Source: Dehalococcoidia bacterium
GTDB taxonomy: Bacteria; Chloroflexota; Dehalococcoidia; Plut-88900
Assembly (NCBI GenBank): GCA_965197645.1
Contig: OZ240219.1
Location: 2,816,001-2,880,000 of the forward strand
Direction: 5' to 3'
Length of the DNA: 64,000 nt
A program made the translations under genes and the position numbers. Each line of letters begins with the position of its first letter. The stretch's first letter is position 1. Under the pieces are notes generated by a model. That model saw only the letters and a program-made list of their open reading frames with translations, searched no databases and had not been told where the DNA came from. Positions 1 through 10,812 of this stretch are shown piece after piece.

Positions 1-978
1 CCCTGCCCCTATTTCGGCGCATGCGGAGGGTGCCAGTGGCAGCACATAGACTACGAGCACCAGCTGGAGCTGAAACGACGCATTTTGAAGCAGCAGCTCG
101 AGAGAATAGGTGAAATACAGTCCCCCTACGTTCCGCCGACCCTACCCTCCCCCCAACAGTGGAACTATCGGAACCACGCCCGCTTCAGCACGGGCCGCAA
201 CAACGAGCTCGGTTTCATCGAGACCGATGGCCGCAGGTTTCTGCAGGTGGACTCGTGCGGCCTGATGCATCCGCAGATCAACCGCACGTTGGCAAATCTG
301 CAGGGCAAGGGGAGCCGGGCCCACCAGGTCTCGGTGCGGTATGGAACGGGAACGGGGGAGACCATGATCCAACCTGCGCAATCAGCAATCGATTGCGAAC
401 CCTCTCAATCCTACTTCTCGGAGACCCTGTTCGGATACCGGTTCAGAGTATCCGGCCCGTCCTTCTTCCAGGTCAACACCCCCCAGGCCGAGCAGCTGAT
501 CGCCGCGGTCCGAGACCGGCTCGACCTGAAAGGCAACGAGGTGCTGGTGGATGCTTACGCCGGCGTCGGCACCTTTGCTGTCCTCCTAGCTCCTTATGTC
601 AAACAGGTCATCGCCATCGAGGAATCCTCTGCCGCTGTTTCCGACGGCCGGGTCAACTGTGCCCCATTCAAGAACATCGAGATAGTCATCGGCAAGACCG
701 AAGCGGTCCTTCCCCGCCTTGAAGAGCGGCCCGACGCCGTCATCCTGGACCCTCCTCGCATCGGCTGCCGCGAGGAGGTTCTCGATGCGCTGATGTCCCT
801 GGCACCGCGGCGCATCGTGTACGTCTCCTGCGATCCCGCCACCCTCGCCCGGGACCTGGGCATCCTGTGCAAGCGGGGCTATCGACTGCTGGAGTCCCTG
901 CCCGTCGACATGTTCCCCCAGACCAACCACATCGAGAGCGTCAATACCCTGGTCCGACGGGACTCCTTTGAAATCTAA
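1..978 (+). CDS. rlmD: 23S rRNA (uracil-5)-methyltransferase RlmD/TrmA family, 5'-truncated by window edge
   Basis: Frame is open from base 1 (PCPYFGACGGCQWQH Fe-S motif); SFFQVN, DAYAGVG, LDPPRxG, YVSCDPATLARD, DMFPQTxHIE motifs. Confidence 0.9.
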   Translation, partial: PCPYFGACGGCQWQHIDYEHQLELKRRILKQQLERIGEIQSPYVPPTLPSPQQWNYRNHARFSTGRNNELGFIETDGRRFLQVDSCGLMHPQINRTLANLQGKGSRAHQVSVRYGTGTGETMIQPAQSAIDCEPSQSYFSETLFGYRFRVSGPSFFQVNTPQAEQLIAAVRDRLDLKGNEVLVDAYAGVGTFAVLLAPYVKQVIAIEESSAAVSDGRVNCAPFKNIEIVIGKTEAVLPRLEERPDAVILDPPRIGCREEVLDALMSLAPRRIVYVSCDPATLARDLGILCKRGYRLLESLPVDMFPQTNHIESVNTLVRRDSFEI

Positions 979-1612
979 CCCCATCCCTCCCCTAATCCTC
1001 GCTTCCGCCTCTCCCAGGCGGCGCGAGATCCTGTCCCGGTTGGGTGTACCCTTTTCGATAGTCATCTCCGAGGTCGACGAGAGTACCTTCGGGACCGCCA
1101 ACCCCGAAGATCTAGCCCGCACCCTCGCCCTTGGCAAAGCCGAGGAGGTGCACAACCGGTGTCCCACCTCGACCGTCCTGGGCGCCGACACCGTAGTCAG
1201 CCTGGATGGTGTGGCTTTGGGTAAACCCGCTGGACCGGACGATGCTCAACGCATGCTGTTCGCCCTCCGGGGCCGTACGCACACGGTGGTCACCGGCATG
1301 GCCCTCATATCCGAGGACGGGGCAGCCCCGGTGGTGCACCACGTATCCACCAGGGTTACTATGCGTCCCTACACCCTATGTGAGATAGACCGATACGTGG
1401 CATCGGGCGACCCGTTGGACAAGGCCGGGGCCTACGCCATCCAGGACGCTGACTTTCACCCGGCCGCCAGCTTCGATGGCTGCTATTGGAACGTGGTCGG
1501 TCTTCCCGCCTGCCAGGTGGTCGATGCGTTCCGCCGAATCGGCTTCAGGATCGTACCGGACGGCGCTTTGACCTCTCAGTGCACACCTGCGGTCTGTCCC
1601 CTCCAGCGATAG
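968..1612 (+). CDS. maf: Maf family nucleoside triphosphate pyrophosphatase
   Basis: LILASASPRRREIL, GADTVV, GKP, DKAGAYAIQ, NVVGLP motifs. Confidence 0.92.
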   Translation: MKSNPIPPLILASASPRRREILSRLGVPFSIVISEVDESTFGTANPEDLARTLALGKAEEVHNRCPTSTVLGADTVVSLDGVALGKPAGPDDAQRMLFALRGRTHTVVTGMALISEDGAAPVVHHVSTRVTMRPYTLCEIDRYVASGDPLDKAGAYAIQDADFHPAASFDGCYWNVVGLPACQVVDAFRRIGFRIVPDGALTSQCTPAVCPLQR

Positions 1613-1616
1613 CGTG

Positions 1617-2864
1617 TCAGCCGGCTCCACTTTTCGCCTCGACTACCGCCGCCGGCCTCCTCCTGGGGAGGAACATGGCCGCGAAGGTGATCAATAGAGG
1701 GAAAAGGGAGCTGACTATCAGCGCGGCCTCCAGGTCCGCCGTGGTGTCCTGTATGAATCCCACCGTGAGTGGACCCAGCACCCCGCCTCCCCAGAACATC
1801 GTCATCATCATCGATTGGAAGACCGCTGACTCCCGGGGCGTGCTACCCGGCAGCTCGAAGGGCACCGAGCTGAAGATGGTCCAAAAGGCGCCCCTGAAGA
1901 TCCCGTTGACAAAGAACATCAAGATCAGCAGCGGTATGAAATCGCTAAACAGCAGACCCATGTACGTTCCGGTCATACCCAGGCCCAGCACTATCAATGG
2001 AAGCCTGTTTCCCTTCGTCCTGGACATCACCGGCACGATGACAAGGCCGCCGGTCGCCACCACTACGCCGAGTATCCCTATCAGGAAGCCCGAAACCACC
2101 AGCGACATGTCGAAGGTCTCCTGCATAAACGTAGGCCAGAAGGTGATCTGGGCCATCTGCGCAAACGCGTACCCCACCATCCCAATCCCCACCAGCCACG
2201 GCTCCCGATACTTGAACAGCCCCTGTATTGGAGGTCCTGCATCGGACTGGGCGTCCTCGGACCCATCATCCGCTTTCCCCTCCTTGCCCAGCAACACCCA
2301 GGCCGCCGTTAGAGCCACGTTCAGCCCAGCCAGGGTGTAGGTCGTCTTCCGCCAATCGTCGCCGAAGGCGTCCAGCAAGAAGGGAGTGACCACAAATGCC
2401 AGCGACAGCGAAAGTCCGAAGATAGCATTGAGAAGGCCGAAGTAAAGCACCACCTCCCGGCCCCTCAGCCACTGGCGGACCAGCAGAGCTCGCGGCGGGT
2501 CCCTGGCCACCAGCGTCAGGCCGAAGACTATCCGGCCGGCCAGCAACATGGCGAAGGTCGGGGCCCATCCCTGCAGGAAAACCAACACGCTGCCGACGAC
2601 GAAGGTAATGGTGGTGGTCATCTTCGGGTTGTACCTGGACAGCCACCATCCAAAGGGGAGAGACGCGACGAGGCTGCCGATCACCGCAGACGATCCAAGC
2701 CAGCCCTGCTCCGCAGGAGACAGCCCCATCTCCTCGGTCATCGATGGCAGGAGGATTCCGAGCACCATGGCGCTCATCGTCGCCACGGCGTGACCGATGG
2801 AATAGGTGGTCATTACCACCCACTTCTGGTACGGGGTTCCCGGTTCGGTCCGCTTCTCTACCAT
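1617..2864 (-). CDS. MFS transporter (paralog 1 of tandem array)
   Basis: About 12 hydrophobic segments; LGILLPSMTEEMGLSPAEQGWLGSSA motif shared with the neighbours; likely start ATG 2864 (ORF extends to 2912). Confidence 0.85.
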   Translation of the reverse strand: MVEKRTEPGTPYQKWVVMTTYSIGHAVATMSAMVLGILLPSMTEEMGLSPAEQGWLGSSAVIGSLVASLPFGWWLSRYNPKMTTTITFVVGSVLVFLQGWAPTFAMLLAGRIVFGLTLVARDPPRALLVRQWLRGREVVLYFGLLNAIFGLSLSLAFVVTPFLLDAFGDDWRKTTYTLAGLNVALTAAWVLLGKEGKADDGSEDAQSDAGPPIQGLFKYREPWLVGIGMVGYAFAQMAQITFWPTFMQETFDMSLVVSGFLIGILGVVVATGGLVIVPVMSRTKGNRLPLIVLGLGMTGTYMGLLFSDFIPLLILMFFVNGIFRGAFWTIFSSVPFELPGSTPRESAVFQSMMMTMFWGGGVLGPLTVGFIQDTTADLEAALIVSSLFPLLITFAAMFLPRRRPAAVVEAKSGAG

Positions 2865-2928
2865 AGCGCCCGCCAGACTATATCCCATCCTGGGCCGGGA
2901 TGGGTATCTCACAGGCTTGATGAGTTAT

Positions 2929-3075
2929 GGGGTGTGCAGAGAGGCGAAGTCCTTTTGCCGGGAGTCTGAGAGCCTGCCCTGAGCCCGCCGAAGGGGTGTC
3001 CCTCAGGAGTTACCTCTTTTTCTTTCCCCTTCCTGGCCAGGAAGGGGACCAAGGGGATGGTCGAAGCGGTGTCTC
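2929..3075. repeat. Intergenic GC-rich modular repeat (GTGTGCAGAGRGGCG...; TTCCCCTTCCTG..CAGRAAGGGG)
   Basis: Modules recur at ~45410-45485 and ~8262-8300; internal palindromes. Confidence 0.6.
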
Positions 3076-3084
3076 AACACCTTG

Positions 3085-4314
3085 CTAGTCCAGGGAGACG
3101 GCCATCTGCCGCTGTTGGGGCCGAGAGATCATAAGCCCCGTCGCAACCATGGTCAGCCCGAACAGGGACGTGATCACCAGAGAGGTGGCAAGGTCTCCGG
3201 TGGCTTCCTGCAGGAAGCCTGCAGATACCGGCCCTATCGCCCCTCCCAACCAGGCGCACATCATTATCACGGCCCCGGCTACGGCTATCTCCCGCGGCTT
3301 TATGCCGGGCAGCTCGAAGGGTATGGTCATGATGATCGGATAGAACAGGGTGCCCATGCCATTGACCAGGAACAGAGGAATGAGCAGCGATACCGAGCCC
3401 GTAGAGACCATGCCTATCGAGGTCAATACCGTGATCAACCCCGATACGGCGACCACCGGCTTTCTTATGTCACGTTTCGCTATGTACATCGCCGCCAGGA
3501 CGCCCCCGATGGCCCCCACCACCCCCGTTATCGCCTGAATAGAACCGGAAATGGTCAGCGGTATGTCGTACTCGTCCAGCATCAGGGTGGGCCAGAAGGT
3601 GATCATGGCGTTCCAATTGATGCTGACCCCCAGCATCCCGATCCCCACGTACCAGATGTCGCTGTGCCTGAGCACGTTTCTGAGAGGCGGCCGCGTCCGC
3701 AGACCCTCCCACTGCCGGTACTCCACGGTCGTCCGCTGTCGACCCAACAACTGCCAGGCGACTGCGATTCCAGCGAAGATGAAGCCGTACACCATCAGCG
3801 CCATGCGCCAGCTATCATCGAACCACACCAGTAGAAAGGGCGTCAGGAGAAAACCTGTGGTTATGGCCAGGCCGAAGGTGGCGCTGTAGACGCCGTTGGC
3901 GATCATGATCTCCTTCCGGGGAAACCACTGGGCGAACAGCATCGCTCGGGCAGGCTCTCTTGCCAGCACTGCCACCCCGAACAGGAACCTGGCCGGCAAC
4001 AGGATGGCGAAGATAGGGGCCCAGCTCTGCAGGAAGATAAACCCCGTTCCCAGCAGCAGTGTGATAGTGATCAGTACCTTGGCGTTGAACCTCGTCAGAA
4101 ATATGCTCATGGGTATCGAGAAGATCAGATTGGCCAGCAGGGCCGAGGAGCCCAGCCAGCCCTCTTCAGAGGGAGATAGGCTCAGGTCCGCTGATATCGA
4201 GGGCAGCAGCACGCCCAGCGTGGTGACCAGCATGAAGCTGAACAGGTTAGATATCCCCACCATACCCAGTACTACGTACCGGTACGGCTGAGGCCTGGAT
4301 TCCGCCTGTTCCAT
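3085..4314 (-). CDS. MFS transporter (paralog 2)
   Basis: Hydrophobic 409-aa ORF; LGVLLPSISADLSLSPSEEGWLGSSA, FWPTLM, PFELPGIKPREIA motifs shared in the array. Confidence 0.88.
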   Translation of the reverse strand: MEQAESRPQPYRYVVLGMVGISNLFSFMLVTTLGVLLPSISADLSLSPSEEGWLGSSALLANLIFSIPMSIFLTRFNAKVLITITLLLGTGFIFLQSWAPIFAILLPARFLFGVAVLAREPARAMLFAQWFPRKEIMIANGVYSATFGLAITTGFLLTPFLLVWFDDSWRMALMVYGFIFAGIAVAWQLLGRQRTTVEYRQWEGLRTRPPLRNVLRHSDIWYVGIGMLGVSINWNAMITFWPTLMLDEYDIPLTISGSIQAITGVVGAIGGVLAAMYIAKRDIRKPVVAVSGLITVLTSIGMVSTGSVSLLIPLFLVNGMGTLFYPIIMTIPFELPGIKPREIAVAGAVIMMCAWLGGAIGPVSAGFLQEATGDLATSLVITSLFGLTMVATGLMISRPQQRQMAVSLD

Positions 4315-4320
4315 TATCTG

Positions 4321-5616
4321 CTAGGAGGCGGACTCGGGGTTGCCGGCGCCCACAGGTTCCAACTGCATTTCACTTCTGTTCGGAGACCGCATAAACAGGG
4401 CCCCGAAGACCAACGACAGACCGGCGAAGGATAGGATCACCATCGTAAGCTTCAGGTCGCCGGTAATCTCTTGGAGTATTCCCGCCAGTGCGGGCCCAAT
4501 CGCTCCTCCGGCCCACATGCTCATCTCGTAAAACGCTACGGCTACCGCTATCTCTCGAGGCTTGATCCCCCGGAGCTGGAAGGGTACCGTCATCAGCACG
4601 GGGAAAAACGACCATCCCGTACCGTTCAGCACGTTCAACACCCATAGCAACGGCACCGATCCTGTTAGCGACATGGCGGCGGAGGTGGAAGAGGTCAGGA
4701 TCCCGCAAAGCACCAGAACGTGTCGGCCTAGGCCCCATCGGGCTGCGGCGAATGCGAAGATTAGGCCGAACACCGATGACATTATTCCACCGAGCGCCAG
4801 CATCGTCCCCGACGTCACCAGGGATATGTCGTAGTAGTCTAGCATCAGGGTAGGCCAGAAGGTGGCGATGCTCATCCACAGCATGTTTGCCCCGACCAGA
4901 CCCATTGACATCCCCCACAGCTCCCGGTATCGAAGTAGACTGCGAAGCGGCGTTCCCTCCTGGGAGCTGGCTGCTTGACGGTATCGCCTAGTGATCCGTT
5001 CTCTTCCGAAGATCTGCCAGGCCACACCTATGGCCAGGGTTGCTATCGCGTATATATAGAAAGCAGTCCTCCAGCCATCATCGAACCACAGCAGCATGTA
5101 GGGCGTCACAAAGAACCCGATGCCGATGGCTACCCCTATAGTCCCGTTCAACACGCCGTTGACCAGCACTATCTCTTCTCGGGGGACCCATTGCTGGGTC
5201 AACATCGCCCGCGCCGGTTCTCTCGCCATGCCTGCCACACCAAAAAACACCCTTCCGACCAGCAGCAAGGCAAACACCGGCGCCCAACCCTGGACGAATA
5301 GGAAGAAGGCGGCCGCTGCCAGGGTGATGGACACCACCAGCTTGGCATTGAGGCGGGATATCCACCAGCCCAGCGGTACGGAAACTACAAGATTGGCCAG
5401 TATAGCCGACGACCCGAGCCATCCCTGCTCGGAAGGCGACAGGCCTAGATCATTCGAGATCGAGGGCAACAGTACCCCCAAGTTGAACAGCACCAGGAAG
5501 TTGGCCAGCGTAGCCAGGCTTAGAATCGAGATTATGACAACTCGATAAGGCTCGGGCTTAACCTCGCCACCCACTGCTTGACCGACGTCATCCGTCTGTT
5601 CTATACCCTGGGACAT
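4321..5616 (-). CDS. MFS transporter (paralog 3)
   Basis: Hydrophobic 431-aa ORF, close paralog of 5977-7299. Confidence 0.88.
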   Translation of the reverse strand: MSQGIEQTDDVGQAVGGEVKPEPYRVVIISILSLATLANFLVLFNLGVLLPSISNDLGLSPSEQGWLGSSAILANLVVSVPLGWWISRLNAKLVVSITLAAAAFFLFVQGWAPVFALLLVGRVFFGVAGMAREPARAMLTQQWVPREEIVLVNGVLNGTIGVAIGIGFFVTPYMLLWFDDGWRTAFYIYAIATLAIGVAWQIFGRERITRRYRQAASSQEGTPLRSLLRYRELWGMSMGLVGANMLWMSIATFWPTLMLDYYDISLVTSGTMLALGGIMSSVFGLIFAFAAARWGLGRHVLVLCGILTSSTSAAMSLTGSVPLLWVLNVLNGTGWSFFPVLMTVPFQLRGIKPREIAVAVAFYEMSMWAGGAIGPALAGILQEITGDLKLTMVILSFAGLSLVFGALFMRSPNRSEMQLEPVGAGNPESAS

Positions 5617-5837
5617 TCGATCCTTCCGAGGTTAAGAAAAGGGCCGGAGCCCTCAAAGAAACGGTTTAACCCCCGTGGCTCCGGCAGGCGGCCCCTCTCG
5701 ACTCTGGCGGGCAGCATTGTATCACGCCCGGTTCCAGGCGCCCCTCGATGCACCTGACCGCTCTGAGTGCCTTGGCCTGCCAGCGCTTGGGCATCTGAGG
5801 GAATCGCATAACAGCCCCTCACCGGGTATGAGCTTCG

Positions 5838-5969
5838 TAGATCGTCGGATATCGAAGGCAGCTGCACGCCGAGGGTGGTGACCGGCATGAAGCTGAAAAG
5901 GTTAGCCATCCCCAACATACCCAGTACTGCGTACCGGTGCGGCTGAGGCCCGGATTTCGCCTGTTCTAT
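5838..5969 (-). pseudogene. Truncated remnant of the 5' end of MFS paralog 2
   Basis: Near copy of 4183-4314 (NLFSFMPVTTLGVQLPSISDDL vs NLFSFMLVTTLGVLLPSISADL); start ATG changed to ATA; similarity stops after ~44 codons. Confidence 0.8.
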
Positions 5970-5976
5970 ATCTCTC

Positions 5977-7299
5977 TTAGGAGATGGGGCCAGGGTCGCT
6001 GGCGCTCCGGAGGGGTGCGAGCTCTATCGATGATGTGGTCCCCAGGGGATCTCTAGCAGAGTCCAGCGACCGCACGAACAGGGCTCCTAAGACGAGGGAG
6101 AAGCCGCAGGGAGATATCACAATCAGGGTAAACTGAAGGCTGTCCGTTATCTCCTGCAATATCCCGGCCAACGCCGGGCCGACGGCACCGCCCGCCCACA
6201 TCGCCGTCTCGTAGAAGCCCACCGCCACCGCTATCTCTCGCGGTTTGATCTTCGGCAGGTAGAACGGCAACGTCATCAGCAGTGGGAAGAAAGACCACCC
6301 AATGCCGTTGAGTATCGTCAGTACCGTCAGCAGCAGCATTGAGTCGGTCAGCGTCATTGCGATGGAGGTGGTAACAGTGAGAACACCGCAAAGCACAAGG
6401 ATAGGCCTGCTTACGGCCCATTTGTAAGTGGCCCAGGAGAAGAGGAGTCCAAAGACGGCAGTTACCACACCGCCCACCGCCAACAGGGTTCCGGAGGCGA
6501 ACAACGATACTTCGAAATCCTCTAGCACTTGGGTTGGCCAGAAGGTGACGAATGCCATCCACAGCATGTTGGCCCCGAACACTCCAAAGCCCATGGCCCA
6601 CAGCTCCCCATATCGAAACAGGCTGCGGAGTGGATTGCCCTGTTGAGAGCCGGTCATTCGACTGTACTGCTTCGTGATCCGCTCTCGCCCCATCAGATGC
6701 CAGATGACGCCGATGGCCAGGGTTGCAGCTGCATACACGTAGAAAGTCGCCCTCCAGTCGTCATCGAACCATACGAGCATGAGAGGGGTAAGAAACAGCC
6801 CTACGGCTATCGCCATCCCGATGGTGCTGGTGAGCAGGCCGTTGACCAGCACCACCTCTCGTTTGGGGACCCACTGCTGGGTCAGCATAGCCCGCGCAGG
6901 CTCGCGGGCAACGCCCAAGATGCCGAATAGGACCCTTCCCGCCACCAGGACGGCAAAGATCGGGGCCCACCCTTGCACGAAGAGGAAGAGGGCAGATCCT
7001 ACCAGGGTTATGGTCACAATCCACTTGGCATTCATCTTGGAGAGCCACCAGCCCAGCGGGAGGGAGACGATTAGATTGGCCAGGATGGCGGACGAGCCCA
7101 GCCAGCCCTGCTCGGAGGGTGAAAGGCCCAGGTCTTCGGAAATCGAGGGCAGGAGTACGCCGAGATTGAACAGTATGAGGAAGTTGGCCAGGGTCGCCAG
7201 GCCCAAAATCGAGATTATGACAAAGCGATAACGCTCAGTCTTAAGCTCGCCACCCACTGTCTGACCGACGCTATCCATCCGTTCTGTGCCCTTGGACAT
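5977..7299 (-). CDS. MFS transporter (paralog 4)
   Basis: Hydrophobic 440-aa ORF; N-terminus and upstream DNA resemble paralog 3. Confidence 0.88.
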   Translation of the reverse strand: MSKGTERMDSVGQTVGGELKTERYRFVIISILGLATLANFLILFNLGVLLPSISEDLGLSPSEQGWLGSSAILANLIVSLPLGWWLSKMNAKWIVTITLVGSALFLFVQGWAPIFAVLVAGRVLFGILGVAREPARAMLTQQWVPKREVVLVNGLLTSTIGMAIAVGLFLTPLMLVWFDDDWRATFYVYAAATLAIGVIWHLMGRERITKQYSRMTGSQQGNPLRSLFRYGELWAMGFGVFGANMLWMAFVTFWPTQVLEDFEVSLFASGTLLAVGGVVTAVFGLLFSWATYKWAVSRPILVLCGVLTVTTSIAMTLTDSMLLLTVLTILNGIGWSFFPLLMTLPFYLPKIKPREIAVAVGFYETAMWAGGAVGPALAGILQEITDSLQFTLIVISPCGFSLVLGALFVRSLDSARDPLGTTSSIELAPLRSASDPGPIS

Positions 7300-7528
7300 T
7301 CGATCCTTCTGGGGTGAAGAAAAGGGTAGGAGCCCTCAACGAAACAGTTTACCCCCGCGGCCCCGGCCGGTGGCCATTGTATCACGTCCGGTTCAAGCCA
7401 CTTTTGACTCCCCTCGATGGTGGCTTAGCTACAAACCCTCTGTTATACTCGTAGGCTGAGGGGCAGCCTCCCCCAGGCTGCCAGCTACTTCGGTCGAGTC
7501 GAGAAGCATCTATCCCAGGATTGTCCCT

Positions 7529-8194
7529 ATGGACGATATAGCCGAGCTAGAACCAACTGCCAATCAGGACGTAAGTCCGGAACAGGATCCTTCCGCCTGG
7601 TCTGTGGCACGGACTGTCTTGCGCAAGACCCCGATACGCGAAGAGCACATCGTCATCGCGGTGATCGTGCTGGCCGTAGGTCTCAGCATCGGAGTTTTCT
7701 TCCTGAAGGACACCATCCTCAACGTTGCCAACCTCAACACCGTAGGCTATGCAGGAGTATTCGTATTCACCTTCCTGGGCGCCGCCACCATATTCCTTCC
7801 CAGCGGAGGCAGCGCAGCCGTCATCCTATCTGGTGCAGTCCTCAACCCGGTCCTTGTGGGACTGCTGGCGGGAGTAGCGGCCGCCCTGGGAGAACTGACG
7901 GGATACGTCTTGGGTTACGAAGGCAGTGGCATTCTCGAAAAACGGATCAAGATGTTCCCCAAGGTCAAGGGATGGATGGAAAAGCGCGGCGCTCTGACCA
8001 TTTTTGTTCTCTCTGTACTGCCCAATCCACTGTTCGATGCGGCAGGACTAGCAGCAGGGGCCATCCGATTCCCGGTGCGAAGGTTCTTCTTCTTTTGCTG
8101 GTCAGGAAAGACCATTCAAGCGTTGGCCGGGGCCTTCATAGGCGCTCTGGGGTCCGACTGGCTCGTCGGCCTGGCTGAGGGTGTCCTGGACTAA
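7529..8194 (+). CDS. VTT/DedA (SNARE-associated) membrane protein
   Basis: AALGELTGYVLG and LPNPLFDAAGLAAG motifs, multiple TM helices. Confidence 0.8.
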   Translation: MDDIAELEPTANQDVSPEQDPSAWSVARTVLRKTPIREEHIVIAVIVLAVGLSIGVFFLKDTILNVANLNTVGYAGVFVFTFLGAATIFLPSGGSAAVILSGAVLNPVLVGLLAGVAAALGELTGYVLGYEGSGILEKRIKMFPKVKGWMEKRGALTIFVLSVLPNPLFDAAGLAAGAIRFPVRRFFFFCWSGKTIQALAGAFIGALGSDWLVGLAEGVLD

Positions 8195-8382
8195 GCTCGT
8201 CTCAGGACCCCGCATGGAGGAAACCCAGAGGGTCCCTCTCCCCGAACCGATTGATGAAATAAGGGTGTGCAGAGGGGCTGGGGGACGTGCCCCCAGATCC
8301 AAAACGTCTCGGGGTGGGTGGGAGGGAAGAAGTACCCGGGGTGGGGTATGCGCTTCTGCCGATCCAATTGCCAGACTTGGCT

Positions 8383-8421
8383 GGATTGCCACTCCCCGAC
8401 TTTGTCGGGGCTCGCAATGAC
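8383..8421 (-). repeat. REP-like palindromic repeat (GTCATTGCGAG...CCGAC..GTCGG...GTGGCAATC)
   Basis: Reverse-complement copy of the core at 14225-14261 and 14398-14434. Confidence 0.7.
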
Positions 8422-8496
8422 AAAGGTATGAACCCCGGCTGATAGTTGCTGTCGTTGCGAGCGAGGGGAGAGTTCGTCCTGAGGGGGCTGAACCCC

Positions 8497-9507
8497 CTAG
8501 TACAGGTGGCAGGCCACGGCGTGCCCCTTGCCCGTCTCCTTCAACGGCGGTATCACCTCACGGCACACGTCCATGGCATATGGACACCGGGGATGGAACG
8601 TGCACCCCTTCGGCGGGTTCAGCGGGCTCGGCACGTCTCCCGTCAGGATTATCCTCTCCCTCTTCGCCTCCACCACCGGGTCAGGTATCGGCACCGCCGA
8701 TAGCAGCGCCTTCGTGTACGGGTGCTGCGGGTCCTCGTACAGCTTGTCCCGGTCCGTTACCTCCGCCAGCTTACCCAGATACATCACCGCCACTCGGTCC
8801 GATATGTGCCTCACCACCGATAGATCATGCGCTATGAACAGATACGTCAGATTGAACTGCTCCTGCAGCTCCTGCAGCAGATTTATCACCTGCGCCTGGA
8901 TCGATACATCCAACGCCGATACCGGCTCGTCACACACTATGAACGACGGGTTCACCGCCAACGCCCTCGCTATCCCTATCCTCTGCCTCTGTCCTCCACT
9001 GAACTCGTGCGGGTACCGGTCCACCATGTACGGGTTCAACCCCACCACCTGGAACAGCTCCTGCACCCTCTCCTTCCTATCCTTTCGCTCCCCTATCTTG
9101 TGTATCGTCAGCGGTTCCTCCACTATCGCTCCCACCGTCATCCGAGGGTTCAATGAGCTGTACGGGTCCTGGAATATCACCTGCAGCTCTCTCCTCAAAG
9201 GCCTCATCGCCTTCGTCGATAGCCGCGTCAGGTCCTTCCCCTTGAACATCACCTCCCCATCCGTAGGCTTGTACAGCTGCAGTATGCATCTCCCCGTCGT
9301 CGTCTTCCCGCACCCGCTCTCTCCCACCAGTCCCAGCGTCTCTCCCTCCATTATGTCGAAGGTCACCCCATCCACCGCCTTCACCTCTCCAACCTTCGCC
9401 TGGAAGATGATCCCCTTCGTCACCGGAAAATACATCTTCAACCCATTGATGCTCAGCAGCGTATCTCCGCCCCTCGCTCCGTTGCCCTCAGACCCGTTGG
9501 TTGTCAT
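8497..9507 (-). CDS. Oligopeptide/dipeptide ABC transporter ATP-binding subunit (OppF/DppF-like)
   Basis: [26 protein letters not shown]-terminal GCTFHPRC...VACH. Confidence 0.95.
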   Translation of the reverse strand: MTTNGSEGNGARGGDTLLSINGLKMYFPVTKGIIFQAKVGEVKAVDGVTFDIMEGETLGLVGESGCGKTTTGRCILQLYKPTDGEVMFKGKDLTRLSTKAMRPLRRELQVIFQDPYSSLNPRMTVGAIVEEPLTIHKIGERKDRKERVQELFQVVGLNPYMVDRYPHEFSGGQRQRIGIARALAVNPSFIVCDEPVSALDVSIQAQVINLLQELQEQFNLTYLFIAHDLSVVRHISDRVAVMYLGKLAEVTDRDKLYEDPQHPYTKALLSAVPIPDPVVEAKRERIILTGDVPSPLNPPKGCTFHPRCPYAMDVCREVIPPLKETGKGHAVACHLY

Positions 9508-9511
9508 TTCC

Positions 9512-10510
9512 TTAGCTCCCTCTCTCTCCGTTGCCGGCCGTCGTCACGTCCACCAGGCATGCCGCCGTGTGTCCCTCTCCCATCTCCACCAGCTCCGGGT
9601 CCGTCTCCGCACACTCATCCACCGTGAACCGGCACCTAGGCCTGAACGAGCATCCTCCAGGCTTGTGCGCCAGGTCCGGCGGCATCCCCTCTATCGGTAT
9701 CAGCCTCTCCCTCATGCTCTCGTCCAGCCTCGGCACTGACCCCAGCAGCCCCAGCGTGTACGGGTGCCTCGGCGTCCCGTATACGTTCACCGCCGTCGAG
9801 CTCTCCACTATCCGTCCCGCATACATCACGTTCACGTTGTCCGCATACCTCGCCACCACACCCAGATTGTGCGTGATCACCACCACCGCCGTTCCCCTCT
9901 CCTTCGTCAGCCGGCTTATCAGCTCCAACAGCTGCGCCTGTATCGTCACGTCCACCGCCGTCGTAGGCTCGTCCGCCAGCAGTATCTTAGGCTCGCAGCT
10001 CAGTGCTATCGCTATCATCACCCTCTGCCTCATACCCCCGCTCAGCTGGTGCGGAAAGTCGTCCAACCTCCTACCCGCATCCGGTATCCCCACCTCCTCC
10101 AGCAGCTCTCCAGCCCTGGTGTTCGATGCCCTGCTGTCCATCCCCAGGTGAAGCTCCAACGCCTCCGTTATCTGCCTGCCTATCGTCAGCACAGGGTTCA
10201 ATGACGTCATCGGCTCCTGGAACACCATCGCCAGGTCCTTACCCCTCCTCCTCCTGATCTCGTCTGCACTCAGCTTCAGCAGGTCCACCCCCTCCAGCAG
10301 CACCTCTCCTCCCACTATCCTTCCCGGCGGCGATGGGATCAGCCTCATCAGCGATAGCGCACTCACGCTCTTGCCGCACCCGCTCTCCCCCACCAGCCCC
10401 AGTGTCTCTCCCGCTTCCACGCTGTACGTCACCCCGTCCACCGCCTTCACCACCCCGTCTTCCGTGTAGAAGTAGGTCTTCAGGTCCTTTACTTCCAGCA
10501 ATGGCGCCAT
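9512..10510 (-). CDS. Oligopeptide/dipeptide ABC transporter ATP-binding subunit (OppD/DppD-like)
   Basis: [29 protein letters not shown]. Confidence 0.95.
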   Translation of the reverse strand: MAPLLEVKDLKTYFYTEDGVVKAVDGVTYSVEAGETLGLVGESGCGKSVSALSLMRLIPSPPGRIVGGEVLLEGVDLLKLSADEIRRRRGKDLAMVFQEPMTSLNPVLTIGRQITEALELHLGMDSRASNTRAGELLEEVGIPDAGRRLDDFPHQLSGGMRQRVMIAIALSCEPKILLADEPTTAVDVTIQAQLLELISRLTKERGTAVVVITHNLGVVARYADNVNVMYAGRIVESSTAVNVYGTPRHPYTLGLLGSVPRLDESMRERLIPIEGMPPDLAHKPGGCSFRPRCRFTVDECAETDPELVEMGEGHTAACLVDVTTAGNGERGS

Positions 10511-10812
10511 GCTCTACTCCTAACTCAAGAATGGTTTGACTAATTATTCGGAAAGACTCGCATCATTATAAACGTACTAGCAAGCTGCCGGTTGATGTCT
10601 GTCGACATGAGTCTACCGGATCTCCTATTCGCCTGCGGTACCAACGTAGACGATAAGGCGGCGGCGCATGAGCCTCTGCGGACATCATGAAGACCCTAAC
10701 GCTCCACCTCAACGTCTCCATGGAATCGTTTCCAGCGGTAGTCCGGGGACGCCCTGTGCAAAGGGTATAATGAGGGCCAGCCCAACCGGACCGCAATAAG
10801 AGGAGGAATCTC

